Made by a program: the position numbers and the translations under genes
Part shown: piece after piece, positions 34,831 to 47,640 of the stretch
How the letters are laid out: each line of letters starts with the position of its first letter
Numbering within the stretch: the stretch's first letter is position 1
Source of the DNA: Iphione sp. A-MEVVRFRX5
Lineage: Eukaryota
NCBI GenBank assembly: GCA_976226885.1
Contig: OZ320322.1
Location: 47,988,001-48,052,000 of the forward strand
DNA length: 64,000 nt
Reading direction: 5' to 3'
Notes under the pieces: generated by a model
Databases searched by the model: none
What the model saw: only the letters and a program-made list of their open reading frames with translations
What the model was told of the DNA's origin: nothing

Positions 34831-37629
34831 TCTTTGATTAATTCATATCACTAACATTAAAACAGCTCTGTATGTGAAAATAGAAAGAAGGAATTTATTT
34901 TTTGAATCTTGGAAAAGGGGGATATTTTAAGGTGCAGAAATTCGCGTTTTCATGCAAATAGGGGGGGGGTTAAATTGCTCTCGAAATTTTTGAATAGGAT
35001 GGTCTAGATTGTTTTTGGGAACGATCATGTGTGTCTACTTTTTAGTTACTTTTCCCTATGAGTTAGGAGACCGAGGTAAATATAAGCCGAGTTAATAAGA
35101 AAAAAAAGCAAATACGATCTGAATAAGTAAAATGCATAAGTATCATTGTTTTATGATCGTTCTTTTATTTTACGTTATATTTTAATATTCGGTTTGGATA
35201 TTATACCATGCACTATATAAGCGTATGATGTATTTTAATTTGCTGCATGGTGATTAGGGAGCGATGCGTATTCTTTGTGTGTACGTAGTTATGGAACAAG
35301 GCGAAGAAGTAAAGAGTTATTCTGAATGAAGTGATTGGATTTTTCTTAATTTAAATTGTGCCTTTTTGTACGTGTGTATGTGGAAAACAGTGGAATATTA
35401 AGCAGTGTGTCTGCAATAGTGGTGGTAACGACGTGGCGGGAGATACTGTCGCCGCTACCACCATCATTGGTGTCTCCGTAGACCGCTGCGTCTCTGGTGC
35501 GTTCAAAGTGGCAGGATGCACGGTGCGACTGACGTCATCATTGTTGTATGATATGTTAATGTATGCTAATGAAGCATTTGGCGCGCTTTCCGGTTGTGCG
35601 CGTATGTAGAGATGTTTTTTGTACTTTCGCGCAGTTTGCATCAAGACGTCGAGGAGTAAGTATGTATTTACTTTTTTTAGTTGTAGTTTGTTGGCTTGCT
35701 TGTGGCAGAATATTGAATACTGCCTTGCTTGTTTGTGTTGTCATTGGATTTCTACTGCTATTCTTCGTGTTTTTTTAGAAGAGACGGCCAAACTATGTAT
35801 TGGTGGCAACGATGGTGTACTGGCGACAACTGTGGTTGATTCATTTCTTTTAGTATTTTCATTGCATGGTGAACTTTGAGGCTTTGTTTTGGAAGTTTTC
35901 ATCGCATGTTGAACTTTGAGGTCTTTATTTTTAAACAATTTATAAGTTGTCGCTTCATGCAGTTTTGCATTTTTGGTTTTCGCAGCTGGTTTCACTTTCA
36001 GATGTTGGCGTGGGAAAGTTCATGTGGTGTTATAATTGATTGTGAATATGGATAGGGGCGAAATGTTTTGAGTTTAATTGTATGATAATTTATTTGTGTA
36101 ATTTGGATTGTTTTGAGTAGTTTGAATTCTAGTTCATGAAGATAATTCGGAGCAGATTTACGCCGTTTTGAGTGGAGGTGACAGTTATCTGTATAACTAG
36201 AGTGATGGAAGATCTTTTTATTGTTTTTGGTATATTTGGTGTGTTCAAATTGCATTTATAACTATGTATTTTTGGACACCTCTTTTTCTATTTCTAGCCT
36301 TTGATTGGCGCGTTTGGCAATTTTTGCGTTGGATGCATATTTAGGAGAGACAAAAAGTTTTTAGCTAGAGATTGTTCTTGTCATAGCTTCTGTTTTAATG
36401 GATCAGTAGAATAGTTAGGATCTTTAGTCTGTGTCGTTTGGATTAATTCTTTTGGTATGTTTTGTTTTATTTTGATTCTTTGGCTTTGAAATTAATACTT
36501 TCGATAGGATAGATTTGGAAAGGTCCGCTATTGGTTTTCCTATTTCCTCTTTGAAAGTATTCTTGGCTGAAGAGTGGGGCCTGGGTTCAGATAATGGATG
36601 TATCATGTTGCGATTGTAACGTCGTCGCTAATCTAGGAATCGGAATCTTACATGTCAATGGATGCTCATAAACCATGTTCAAGTGACAGATTGGTTTAAA
36701 CAAACCAGGCGTTAGAGTAGGGATTTGAAGACGCCTCCAGGGTAGGTGTTGATAGTTTTAACATCTGGAGGTGGTTTTGGTATTAACGTTGGCGTTAGTT
36801 CAATTTAGTGCAGTGAGATTTACCTCTCTCAATTTCTTCGCTGGATGTCGGGAATTGAACTATTTAATGGGTTACTGACCAGGTCAATAAGTATAAATTG
36901 TATTTCCATTTGGTTGTATGTTTGTGTTTTTATAAGTTTAAGTTGTATTGAACAAAACTTTTGAGATTGTTGACCTGGAATTTCACTTCATCGGACACTT
37001 GGTTGTGGCTCAGTTGCGGTGAATTTTGGTGTGTCTTGACAATGTGGTCATAGTTTCTGGCAACGGTAAAAAAATCTTGTGTACTGTTAAGTGTGTATGT
37101 AAGGTATTGTACACTGTCCCCCCTCCCCCTTCCCTCTCCTCTTCCTGCGATTTCTCCTTGTTTACATAACTGGATCTGCATACGTTGTGTAACTATCTAG
37201 GGTGTTGTCTCTGTCAATGGAATTCTGTATAAAGGAGAACGAGTAATTTACCCTTTGGTGTTCTTTTACAAATTGTTTTAATGGTAGACTTTTTGCACCA
37301 AAGAAAAATCCCTAAGGCGATGAGTGCAAAAACTGTTACTGTAATTATATGGTGACTGAAGCCTTTTTTAAACAAAACTCTTTTAGTTGAAGTTTGAGTG
37401 AATCAATATTTCGAATGGCACAATATGTATGCTACTTATTGTAGCATAAGCCATATTATTATTTTATCCATTCTATTCTTGTTGTGTGGACTTTATATGC
37501 AACGAATACGTATTCATATCTATGTCCATTGGGAAGACGTCTCACTTTTACACACAGTTCTTATTATCATCATTAAAAATAGACGTTGTAATTTATTGGT
37601 ATTAGTGCTTTGTTGTCTCTTCTAGTATC

Positions 37630-38930
37630 TTCCTCCTAGTCATATGCGCTTCTTCCTTTTCTCCCTTCCTTCATCTACATCCTTTGGTTCTTTGAGTGTG
37701 GGCTCTTCGTTTTGCTCGTGTGAGGGCTGCCTCTTGAGTGGCCGTATGGTTCCTAGACTTTCGTACCGCTCATAGTTACCCTAGATGGAACTCATACTCA
37801 GCGTGGGCATGTCATTGCTTTTAGTCGATTGATCGACTGATGCGATAGTCTCCACATCCGATAGAGAGAGTGCGTTATGGTTTTTGGTTGGTTCGTTTGG
37901 TGTGGACGAAGTGACGTTGGCATCTGACATCTGTGTGCTCATCTTCTCCACTTTTTCAACAGTGTTCTTTGCTATCTCCTCCAGGGTGGCAAGTGACGCT
38001 TTATTAGGCACTTCCGGGCTGTCTAGGGAGACAATTGATACATCCTCCGGAGAGGTTCGCTTTTCTATCTTCGCCTTCACGGGCGTGTCAACCTGTGTCG
38101 TTTGTTGTTGGGTGTATATAAGTATGTATATGTACAATGTAGCACCATTATCGAAATAGACTAGGAATGGAGAGAGACTAGAGATAGATACAAGCGCTTT
38201 GTTGTTTCTTTTAGTACCTTCTTCCTAGTCATACGCGCTTCTTTCTCCCCTCTCCTCTTTCATCTATTTCTTTTGGTTCTTTGGGTGTGGGTTCCTCGTT
38301 CTGTTCGTTTGAGGGTTGCCTTTTGAGTGGCCGCATAATTCCTAGACTTTCGTACCACTCATAGTTACCTTGGATGGAGCTCACGCTCAGTGTAGGTATA
38401 TCATTGCTTTCAGTCGACTGATCGACTGATGCGATGGTCTCCACATCCAATAGAGAGAGTGCATCATAATCTTTGGTTGGTTCGTTTGGTGTGGATGAAG
38501 TGGCGTTGACATCTGGCACCTGCGTGTTCGGCATCTGGCACCTGTGTGCTCATCTTCTCCACTTTCTCAACAGCGTTCTTTGCTATCTCCTCCAAGGCGG
38601 CAAGTGACGCCTCATTAGGCACTTTCGGGCTGTCTAGAGAGACAATTGACACATCTTCCGGGGAGGTTCGCTCTCTCACCGCCGCTTCTACGGGCGTATT
38701 GACCTGTGCCGTTTGTTGTTGGGTGTGTATAAGTATGTGTATGTACAATGTAGCGTCATTGTCGGGATAGACTAGGAATGGAGACAAACTAGAAATAGGT
38801 ATAAACCGATATGGAAGTTTTGTTGCTTCCCCCCCTCCTCCCCTCCCTTCTTCCACATTAAGGGAAGAAATCAATGTAATAATTGGAGGAGTGTCAAGAA
38901 ATTTCTTTCTATATCGCGTAAATTGAAAAG
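37630..38930 (-). repeat. Unclassified ~600-bp coding-like repeat unit X, two copies (two more at 41657-42672)
   Basis: Minus-strand frames repeat RTSPEDVSIVSLDSP.VPN.ASLA.LEEIAKN.VEKVEKMSTQ..D.N.TSSTPNEPTK...LSL.DVETIASVDQST.SND.PTLS.SSI. Confidence 0.85.
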
Positions 38931-40420
38931 GACGAAGTTATTGTTCCTGCACCAGTTACTTACTCTTTCGATCGTCAACATCGTGATACTCCTCAGTTTC
39001 AGTAGGTCACTGGCGGAAGTCAGAAGCGTAAGGTCGTCAGCGTAGAGCATCGCCTCGACATCTTTAGGCACAACTCCCATAACGTCATTCATGATACAAA
39101 TAAACGCACTGGGACCCCAGACACTGCCCTGGGGAACTCCCTGTCGCAGAGGGAGCACTTCCGAACGTTCATCCCTACACTCCACATATTGACCCTTTCC
39201 CTCAAAGTAGTTCTACACCATGGCCCTAGTTTTTGACTCCACCCCTTTGATAGCAAGCGACCTTAGCACACTTTCATGGGGTACGAGGTCAAATGCTTTC
39301 TTAAGATCGAAAAGCAACTAGATAGATGTAAAGTCCCTGGTTGAGCCAATCACAAAGCAAATTCATCAACCTACAGTAAACAGTCGTTATCCCTCTGTTT
39401 TTCCGGAAGCCATGCTGAGCGTCACTCAACTGGTTAGTTGCCTCAATGTGGTTCATTGTTGATATTGTGAACCAAGTTTCGCACAGCTTCCCGGAGAGGG
39501 GTAGGATGGACACAGGACGGTAATTCCCCAGCACATCCGTGTCCCCCTTTTTGTGCACTAGAGTGACTCGAGTCACTTTCCAGACAGTAGGGAAGCGTCC
39601 CTCGGATAGTATTTGATGGAAGAGCCAGGCGATATAATCGGGAACTCTTAACAACAGTGGCTTGAGAATCTTAGTGGGGATACTTGGGATATCCGAAGAT
39701 TTAGTCACGTTAACCTTGGAGATCAATCTGGCAACGTAAGCTGGAGTCGGGGTGCTTATTTCAAAGTCGTTGGTACCTAAGCCTCCTTTCACAAATGTAG
39801 CCCCCACGTCAACCGGCCCAGTTCCAATGGTTGACAATGCCTCTACTTCAGTACAGAAGAAAGTGTTAAAGGCTATAGCTAGGTTTGTACCGTTCCCATT
39901 GTTGGCACTATCCCAGTCTGGGAGTGCTGGTTCAAGTCTGTCGCGATATAACATTGTATTCAAGACTTTCCATTTACTCGCCTGATCATGTCCAGCGCTC
40001 TCCAGCTTGTCCTGCCAGAAGGCACACTTCTCCATTTTGATGGCATGCTTTACCCTATTAGACAAGAATTTGAAGATATTGAAGCTATTTTCACACACGG
40101 TTCGCCTCCATTTTCTGTAGAAGTAGTCGCGATCCCGACCTAGGTCAACGGTTCCAGCAGACAGGGAGAAACCATCAGAGTTATATTTATGCTTGGAAGT
40201 TACCACTGGACATTGTTCAGCTATCCGCCTTTCAATTTGCAAGATCAGGTTTGATCAGGCTGTTTCATGATCACTAGTCTTGTCAAGGTGGTTATTCTCA
40301 TGGAGAGTGTCTACAAGGGCATCTATGTCTAGGTTGCTCCACCGTCTAAATGTTACCGTTTCAGTTAATATATGGTTTACTCTTAATTGGTGGAAGAAAA
40401 AGTAACAAAAGGCGCATGAA
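38930..40420 (-). mobile_element. L2/CR1-like LINE ORF2 fragment (linker plus RT)
   Basis: WKVTRVTLVHKKGD...NYRPVSILP, QHGFRK, DLKKAFDLVPH, GVPQGSVWGP, LYADD. Confidence 0.92.
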
Positions 40421-40651
40421 GTTTATCTAGTTTCCCAAAAAAGTCAAAGTTTGACATGTAGCTATAACGTTTCATAATTGTGCAAACTTATAAAAGAATT
40501 GCCAAGTTAAATTAATTATGTTTAAGTGGTACAGAGAAGGATAAGCATACTATAAACTAAAACGAGCCAGACAATAATAGACGAGAGATACGAGGGATTG
40601 AGATAAATTTACATTTATCAAAGGAGAGGGATTAACTCAAGAGACATACGT

Positions 40652-41656
40652 TTATTTTTTGCATAGAATTCTCAGAGTTGTGTTCTTTAGCTTTCTGTTT
40701 TCACGTTTATATATATTAGGTAAGTCAGGACTGTTCGAATGGCTAGTTATTTCTTTCTGTAATTTCTGAAGTACAGCTATTCGCTTGATAGCTTCCACAA
40801 TATTTGGGGAAGATGTAGAATGGTATCTCCGCTTTGCCTGTTTTCCCCGGGATGACGGTAGAGTAGAGACTGGAGCATTTCTTTTTAGTGGGGACTGCTT
40901 CTTCAACTGAGAAGTTTGTTTAACAGTGATATAATGCAGTTCCTTTATCTTAGAGTATCTATTTATATTTTCAGTGTCCTTGCTCACTGTAGGTGTATGA
41001 CGACAATCAAAACGAAGAGAGGCATTTGTTTGTAATATACTTACTGGTGGATTAAAAACATTATCATATGTCAAATCAACTAGGATGTGGTAGTTAGACG
41101 TTTTAGGGGCGGCTAGATTACAAACAGTAACCGCTGCAGTCTTAATACGTTCTTATATTGGTGCATTTATGGCTAGTTTTGTTGGTATTTCTATTGTTCT
41201 GAAAGGTTTATGTAATGCCTAGTTTTTGTCGATAGAGCATCTACTATTCACGGGAGATCTTTCTTAGTTCTTGTACGGGATTTTTCTGTTCTGATTTATA
41301 CTATTATGAATGGGACTTCGCTTGGTTGTTTGAAAGCTAGAATTGTTCATACTGTATGAAAGGGATTCTCGTGATATTTCATATGCAGGTGTTACTTTAC
41401 GATTCTTTGGACTATGTGAAAAAGATATAGTATTGTCCACAGGCTTGGGATGATTGTCATGAGGTGATGTCAGCGGTACAGCAGGAGAAGTTCTCTTGAG
41501 TGGTGACAATGTCTTTATTAGCGACTTTTCAAGAGAAGAAATATTTCTCTTGACTTATTTAGTGCTTCCTGGATTTATTGTTCCTACTTTTTCAGAGGTT
41601 TCAATGATACTTGGTTGTTGTCTGTTGACATTACGTTTGTGTGATGTTTTCTCAGA
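40652..41656 (-). pseudogene. Decayed S/T/K/N/P-rich long exon, paralogous to 60295-61305
   Basis: ORFs 41264-41509 and 40652-41074 are in the same frame, separated only by TAA/TAG stops; near-identical peptides at 60299-61145. Confidence 0.6.
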
Positions 41657-42672
41657 TATCTACTATTTGTGGACGAAGTGACGTTGGCATCTGGCACCTG
41701 CGTGCTCATCTTCTCCACTTTTTCAACAGTGTTCTTTGCTATCTCCTCCAGGGTGGCAAGTGACGCTTTATTAGGCACTTCCGGGCTGTCTAGGGAGACA
41801 ATTGATACATCCTCCGGAGAGGTTCGCTTTTCTATCCTCGCCTTCACGGGCGTGTCAACCTGTGTCGTTTATTGTTGGGTGTATATAAGTATGTATATGT
41901 ACAATGTAGCACCATTATCGAAATAGACTAGGAATGGAGAGAGACTAGAGATAGATACAAGCGCTTTGTTGTTTCTTTTAGTACTTTCTTCCTAGTCATA
42001 CGCGCTTCTTTCTCCCCTCTCCTCTTTCATCTATTTCTTTTGGTTTTTTGGGTGTGGGCTCCTCGTTCTGTTCGTTTGAGGATTGCCTCTTGAGTGGCCG
42101 CATAATTCCTAGACTTTCGTATCACTCATAGTTACCTTGGATGGAGCTCACGCTCAATGTAGGCATATCATTGCTTTCAGTCGACTGATCGACTGATGCG
42201 ATGGTTTCCACATCCAATAGAGAGAGTGCATCATAATCTTTGGTTGGTTCGTTTGGTGTGGATGAAGTGGCGTTGGCATCTGGCATTTGCGTGCTCATTT
42301 TTCCCACTTTCTCAATAGCGTTCTTTGCTACCTCCTCCAAGGCGGCAAGTGACCCCTCATTAGGCACTCTTGGGCTGTCTAGAGAGACAACTGACACATC
42401 TTTCGGGGAGGTTCACTCTCTCACCGCCGCTTCCACGGGCGTATTAATCTGTGCCGTTTGTTGTTGAGTGTGTATAAGTATGTGTATGTACAATGTAGCG
42501 TCATTATCGGGATAGACTAGGAATGGAGAGAAACTAGAAATAGGTATAAACCGATGTGGAAGTTTTGTTGCTTCCCCCCCTCCTCCCCTCCCTTCTTCCA
42601 CATTAAGGGAAGAAATCAATGTAATAATTGGAGGAGTGTCAAGAAATTTCTTTCTATATCGCGTAAATTGAA
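41657..42672 (-). repeat. Repeat unit X, one partial and one full copy
   Basis: Same sequence as 37900-38930, ending at the identical motif ...atatcgcgtaaattgaa. Confidence 0.88.
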
Positions 42673-43339
42673 GGGCTTCTAAATTTTGAAGCGTTTTTCA
42701 CGTGACGTGACGTTATAGGTTATATAACCAAATTGTGTCTATACAGGCGTTCTCCGTAAGTTTACAGTTTCATTCGTGAAAGATTTTAATGAGGACTTCT
42801 TCGGAATTTATGAGCGCAATTATCTGATCACTTATCATAGTGATATTCTGTTGTCTGCCCAATAAGGCTAAAGTAATCATTATGGATAACAATTTTGAAC
42901 TGGGCCATGACTGTTTATGTTGTTGGTAAAGAGTAGAACATGTATCCTTGTTACATTTCTCCAATTGTCACTTAGATGTATGCGATCTATCGGCATACGA
43001 CCTATATGTTCTTATTAGAAGGAACATTTCACGCCGTCATGGGATTAGGAGAGCATTTCATTGTATATGTAGTCTACATCAGGCGGTTCCCAGAGTAAGA
43101 CTGTTGAAGCCAGCCAGCAATGCCCTAAATGCATCCACAACTGGGAGACAATCGCGGACTGTTTACTCTCTTCAATGACATTTACAGATCGGAGGAACTA
43201 CTGAGAGGTCCAAACATGTATTTCATTTTGAACCACTCAAAACAAAAAGCAACGATAAAGTAAAGTCTTGTACAAAGTGAAGTCTCAGAAAGATAAAAAG
43301 GCTAAAAAGAAGGCCCATGTATAGAAATAACTGACAATC

Positions 43340-44236
43340 ACAGCATAGAGAGAAAAGGGTAGTAGGGGTGGTTTAATTAGATTTATGAACTAACGATTCA
43401 TCTTGATTTGTCACAGTCACTCTATCACTATTATATACAATCAGGGTAAGTGCCAAAGACACTTGTTACTCTTTCTTTTAAAATGGTTATCGGAAGTTGG
43501 CGAAAAGTAGATTAGTTAAGCAATTCTTTCATGATCGTCAAGGGAGTGAGATCTTGTTTCTATGGAACGAGAGTTTCTTCAAGATGCAACACCTTTGTTT
43601 GACATTTCTGTTCGGCTGTGGTTGATAACAGTTGTTGGTTTGTTCGGTGAAAGACTTCTTTTGAGGTGAACATCAAAAATGAGCTCAAAAGTAAATTCTT
43701 TGATTTCCGTTCTATACTTTTCCAGTCTTCTTTCTGTTATTTAAAAATATACAATAATATAGTATGAAACACTCATGGAATGAGAATGACTGATTTATAC
43801 TTCTTTAACAATAGTTTGTTTGCTGTAACATCCTGTGGTCATGTGATATTGATGAATTCTAATCGTAGAAACGTGACGGGTGGTCCTCTGATGAGGATGG
43901 TAAACAAAAATAAATACAAAGAAAACGGTGGAATAGGACAATAGGGAATATATCTTGAAAACAAGACGAAAGTGATAAAATATTATTTGGTCAAGACTAG
44001 GATTCGTCTTAGTATGAGGTTGAATGTCACGTTTTGATACCTGTCTAGATACAAATTAGTGATAACTAATAGGGGAGCATCATAAGATAATTACTCTACC
44101 CAGTGGGCAGAATCGATTGCTATATATGGTTGTTTTAATATTGAGATGAATAGGCAATCAATGGTCTATTGTTGTTGTTCTCTTTTTTCTTATTTTCTCG
44201 AATACCCTTATTATAAAGGATTACCAAAAAATGAAT
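43340..44236. repeat. Unclassified dispersed repeat family Y (other copies ~46880-47450, 47755-48546; partial at 49110-49300 and 53910-54100)
   Basis: Shared blocks such as atggtaaacaaaaataaatacaaagaaaacgg, aaagtgataaaatattat and gttggtttgttcRgtRaaaRac. Confidence 0.8.
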
Positions 44237-46330
44237 TGAAGAGTAGTGTATTGAGTACACCACTCTGGGGTACACCATTGTGTAGTCTATGGTACTCTGA
44301 GGTCTGTCCCTGGAAGGACACTCTTGCCTTTCTCCCTTGGAGATAGTCTGCAATATAGGCAAGTAATTTGCCTCGTATTCCAGCTTTTGCTAGGCAGCTC
44401 AGGACTACGGTGTGGTACACGAGCTCAAAGGCCTTTTCAAGGTCGAGGTAAATGACGATGCATTCCAGTTCTCCTTGTATAGCACTTATGATTCGGCTTA
44501 GCACTGTGTTTATGCAGTGTGTTGTGTAACGCCCTGGCGTGAAGCCATAGATGTGCTCCGGAGATTTGTGTCCAGTCAAGTTGATGGCATGCCTAATTCT
44601 TTGAAGTACAACTTTCTCCAGCACCTTGCCGATTGTTTGTAGCAAGGTGATGAGCCTTAGCCCACCATCTGCTTTGGGTATGGGTACAATATTGTCCAGT
44701 TTCCAGCCTGTGGGGATCTTGCTATCATGGAAAACTTTGTTGAGTATTTTTCGTACCATTTCAAGGTTTCTGGGCGAGAGCTTGGCAAACGCTACTTTAG
44801 GAATACGGTCTGAACCTGGGGCCTTGTGTGGAACTCCCCGTAGCGCAGATCTTAGTTCTGTTGTTGTGATCTCTCCATCTAAACCCCCGGGGCTGGGGGT
44901 GGAGGTAGCTAGAGTGATGGCCTCTTTCTGCTGTGTCTCCAGGTTAGCTAGAGCATTTCTGTGTCCTTCAGGGAGATTGTCCGGGTTGGTCCTTCTGGTA
45001 AAGAGGCAAGTAAGTTCTTTTGTCTTCTCCTCTGGATTGGGCAGAAGGGCAGTTTTGGGGGTTCTGCCTTTGGCAATGTTTATCTTATCCCACAGTTCCT
45101 TGGTTGTGGTGTGAGCGTTGAATTTATTACATCATTCTTCCTAAGCCTTGCTCTTTTGTTTTGAGTAGACTTGTTTTGCCCATTTCTGTGTTTGCTTTAG
45201 GGCAGTAAGTGTGTCAGGGTCAGAAGTCTTCCGGTAGAGTTTAGAGAGCTGATTGGCCGATGCTGTGGTTCTCTTGCATCGAGGTGAGTTGTGCCACCAG
45301 CGGCGACTCTTAATTTTTTTTGACTTTGGTGTTCTTATCCATTGCAGTGTGGGCTATTGAGGCGAGTATCTCATAGTCTAGGGTATCCTCTTGCATGGTA
45401 AGCATCTCAAAGTCCCTGTTGTGCTTGTTCCAATCTGTCTTCTTGATATTTGGTCTCTCTGGTCTGGCTGGAGGGCTGACTTTTTGTAGGTTTGTGCTTA
45501 TCTCCAACTCATAGTGGTCTGAAAAGAGTTCGGGCATGACTCTGAGCTGAGATTTAGCTGCTAGACGATTGTCTGCTATGACAAGATCAATCGTGAAGCC
45601 TGTTTGAAAGGTGGGACTGCCATCATTGAGGATAGTGTACGTAGTCACATTAGTTACCTCATTCAGGAACTGCCTTCCTTTGGGGGTATTCGGGTTGTTC
45701 TGACTTCATCTCGGATGTCTCAGGTTGAAATCCCTGGCTATGAGGTGATGGTCAGACTGGATGCTCTCCTTGGTTATCCAATGTTGGAGGTTGAAGCAGC
45801 AGCTATTATAGTGGTAGATGTTGGTGACTACTAGAGATCTTCTAGTTTTGAGGGATAGTGATATATGCATTATCTCTGTTGAGGGGTGGGAGGAGGCTTT
45901 AGCCCTTATTTCTTTGCAGGATATACTGTTCTTTATGAAAGTGGCGATGCCTCTTGCATTTTCCCCGGCAGGTTTTTCAAATGTCTGATACTCTGGTAGT
46001 TTCAGGCCTGTTCGGTTGCTGATGGTTTCTTGAATTAGCAGTAGGTCTGGGGCCTGGTTCCCAACGAAGTGGAGTAGGGCCTTCTTCCTTGCATGGAAGC
46101 CTCGTGCATTCCAAAACACGATCTTCAGCTTTACCATTTTAATTGGTGAGCATAAAATGAGGCTCATTTGTCCTCAGTTTTGGATCTTGGTATAGGCCGG
46201 TGAGTGCTTTTTGGAGGAACCGCTGGGGGGCCTTGTGGCGTTGGAGGATTAGTAATAGCTCTGCAATGAAGGTCATTGTCTGTCCATCCCGGTGCTCTTT
46301 ACTTCTATCTTTCATTTGTATACTCCCGCC
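44236..46330 (-). mobile_element. I/Jockey-group-like LINE: end of ORF1, APE endonuclease and RT, 3'-truncated
   Basis: IVFWNARG...LLLIQET, PTF...TIDL, SDH; IVPIPKADGGLRLITLL..IGKVLEKVV, YGF.PGR, YLDLEKAFELV, NGVPQ. Confidence 0.9.
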
Positions 46331-46439
46331 CTCATTCCTCTTGTACTGACCATTGTTGAGCTATAGAAATGTGATAGGTTTTTATCTTAAACAAGGCAAT
46401 CCCCTCCAATGCATGTATATACTTGCATGAGAGATGCAG

Positions 46440-46800
46440 TATCCTGGATAACGTTGGAACTCTCCTATAATCTTCAGTAAGGTAGAACTTAAACGATTGG
46501 AAAGTTTAGGGGTAATTGAGAAGGTGGACTTTTAAGATTGGATTGTATCAGTGGTGTCTGTTTTGAAGGCAGACTACTCAATTAGGTTGTATGGTGATTA
46601 TAAAGTTACCATCAATCTCAATTTGGATGTACCAATATACCCCTTACCCCAGCTTGAAGATCTGTATCATCAGCTGAATGGAAGTAAGAAGTTTTCAAAG
46701 TTGGATTTATCACAAGCGTACCAGCAAGTGTTACTAGACAAAGAGTTACGTATATACATTACCATTGACATTCATCTTGGGTTATACTGGTACACTCGTA
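46440..46800 (+). mobile_element. Ty3/Gypsy RT fragment
   Basis: VVSVLKADYSIRLYGDYKVTIN, YPLPQLEDL, FSKLDLSQAYQQ, TIDIHLGLY.YTR. Confidence 0.9.
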
Positions 46801-47552
46801 TAGGTCATATAACCAAATTGTGTCTAAGGGTCATTAATGTGCAAGGGGATGTGAAGATTTCGTTTTGTTCTCCTCTTCTCCTTCCTCTTTCTACATTAAG
46901 GGAAGAAACCAATGTAATAATTGGAAGAGTGCTCTGTTCGGCCGTAGTTGGTCGCAGCTGTTGGTTTGTTCAGTAAAAGACTTCTTTTGGCTTGAACGCC
47001 AAAAATGAGCTTAAAAGTGAACTCCTTGACTTCCCTTCCATACTTCTTTAATCTTTTTTTTTCCTTCAAAAATATATAATAATAAAATACAAAACACTCG
47101 TGGAATGACAATGATTGATCTATACTTCTTCAGCAATAGTTTGTTTGTTGTAACCTTCTGTGGTTATGTGGTGTTAAATTTCAGTTGCAGAAGCATGACG
47201 ACTGTTCTTTTGATAAGAACGACAAACAAAAATAAATATAATAAAAACGGTAGAATAGGAAAAGAGAAATATTCCAATGTCTTGAAAAAGATGAAAGTGA
47301 TAAAATATTATCTAGTCAAGACTAAGGTTCTTTCTAGTGTGACCTTGAATATTTTGTTTTGGTACCTGTCTAGGTACAAATTAATGACAATTAATAGGCA
47401 AACATCATGGAATAGTTGCTTCGCCTAGTGAGAAGAGTCGATTGTATATTTTATATCCATATCTATGCGAAGTTAAGTAAGTGTATTTCAAGTGCCAATC
47501 AAGATTCATCATAGTCAACCTTTCTAGTTCTCTTTCTATCTTTGTATGTTGA

Positions 47553-47640
47553 GTAGACTCAGTGGTTGAATGGGCAAGGACGTTGGACAGCCAGAATAGA
47601 GACTTTTGTGGGTTTGAGTTTCATCAGGAACCTTCTTTTC
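47553..47640 (+). mobile_element. Possible decayed tRNA-derived SINE head
   Basis: A-box-like tagactcagtggt followed ~50 bp later by B-box-like gggtttgagtttc (GGTTCGAGTCC with C>T changes). Confidence 0.3.

Noticed and set aside
39752-39985. Plus-strand ORFs over the LINE copies (also 44626-45114, 51083-51406, 55883-56206)
   Set aside because: Antisense shadows of RT-coding frames.
40652-41590. Stops arising at CAA/CAG as proof of CpA-specific RIP
   Set aside because: Ascertainment bias: transitions can only create TAA/TAG from CAA/CAG or TGG, so stop codons alone do not show context preference. Only paralog comparisons were used as evidence.
42770-43180. Possible RNase H remnant of a DIRS or LTR element (YADRS..., LALL...ISDQ)
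   Set aside because: Resemblance too weak, and catalytic spacing not convincing by eye.
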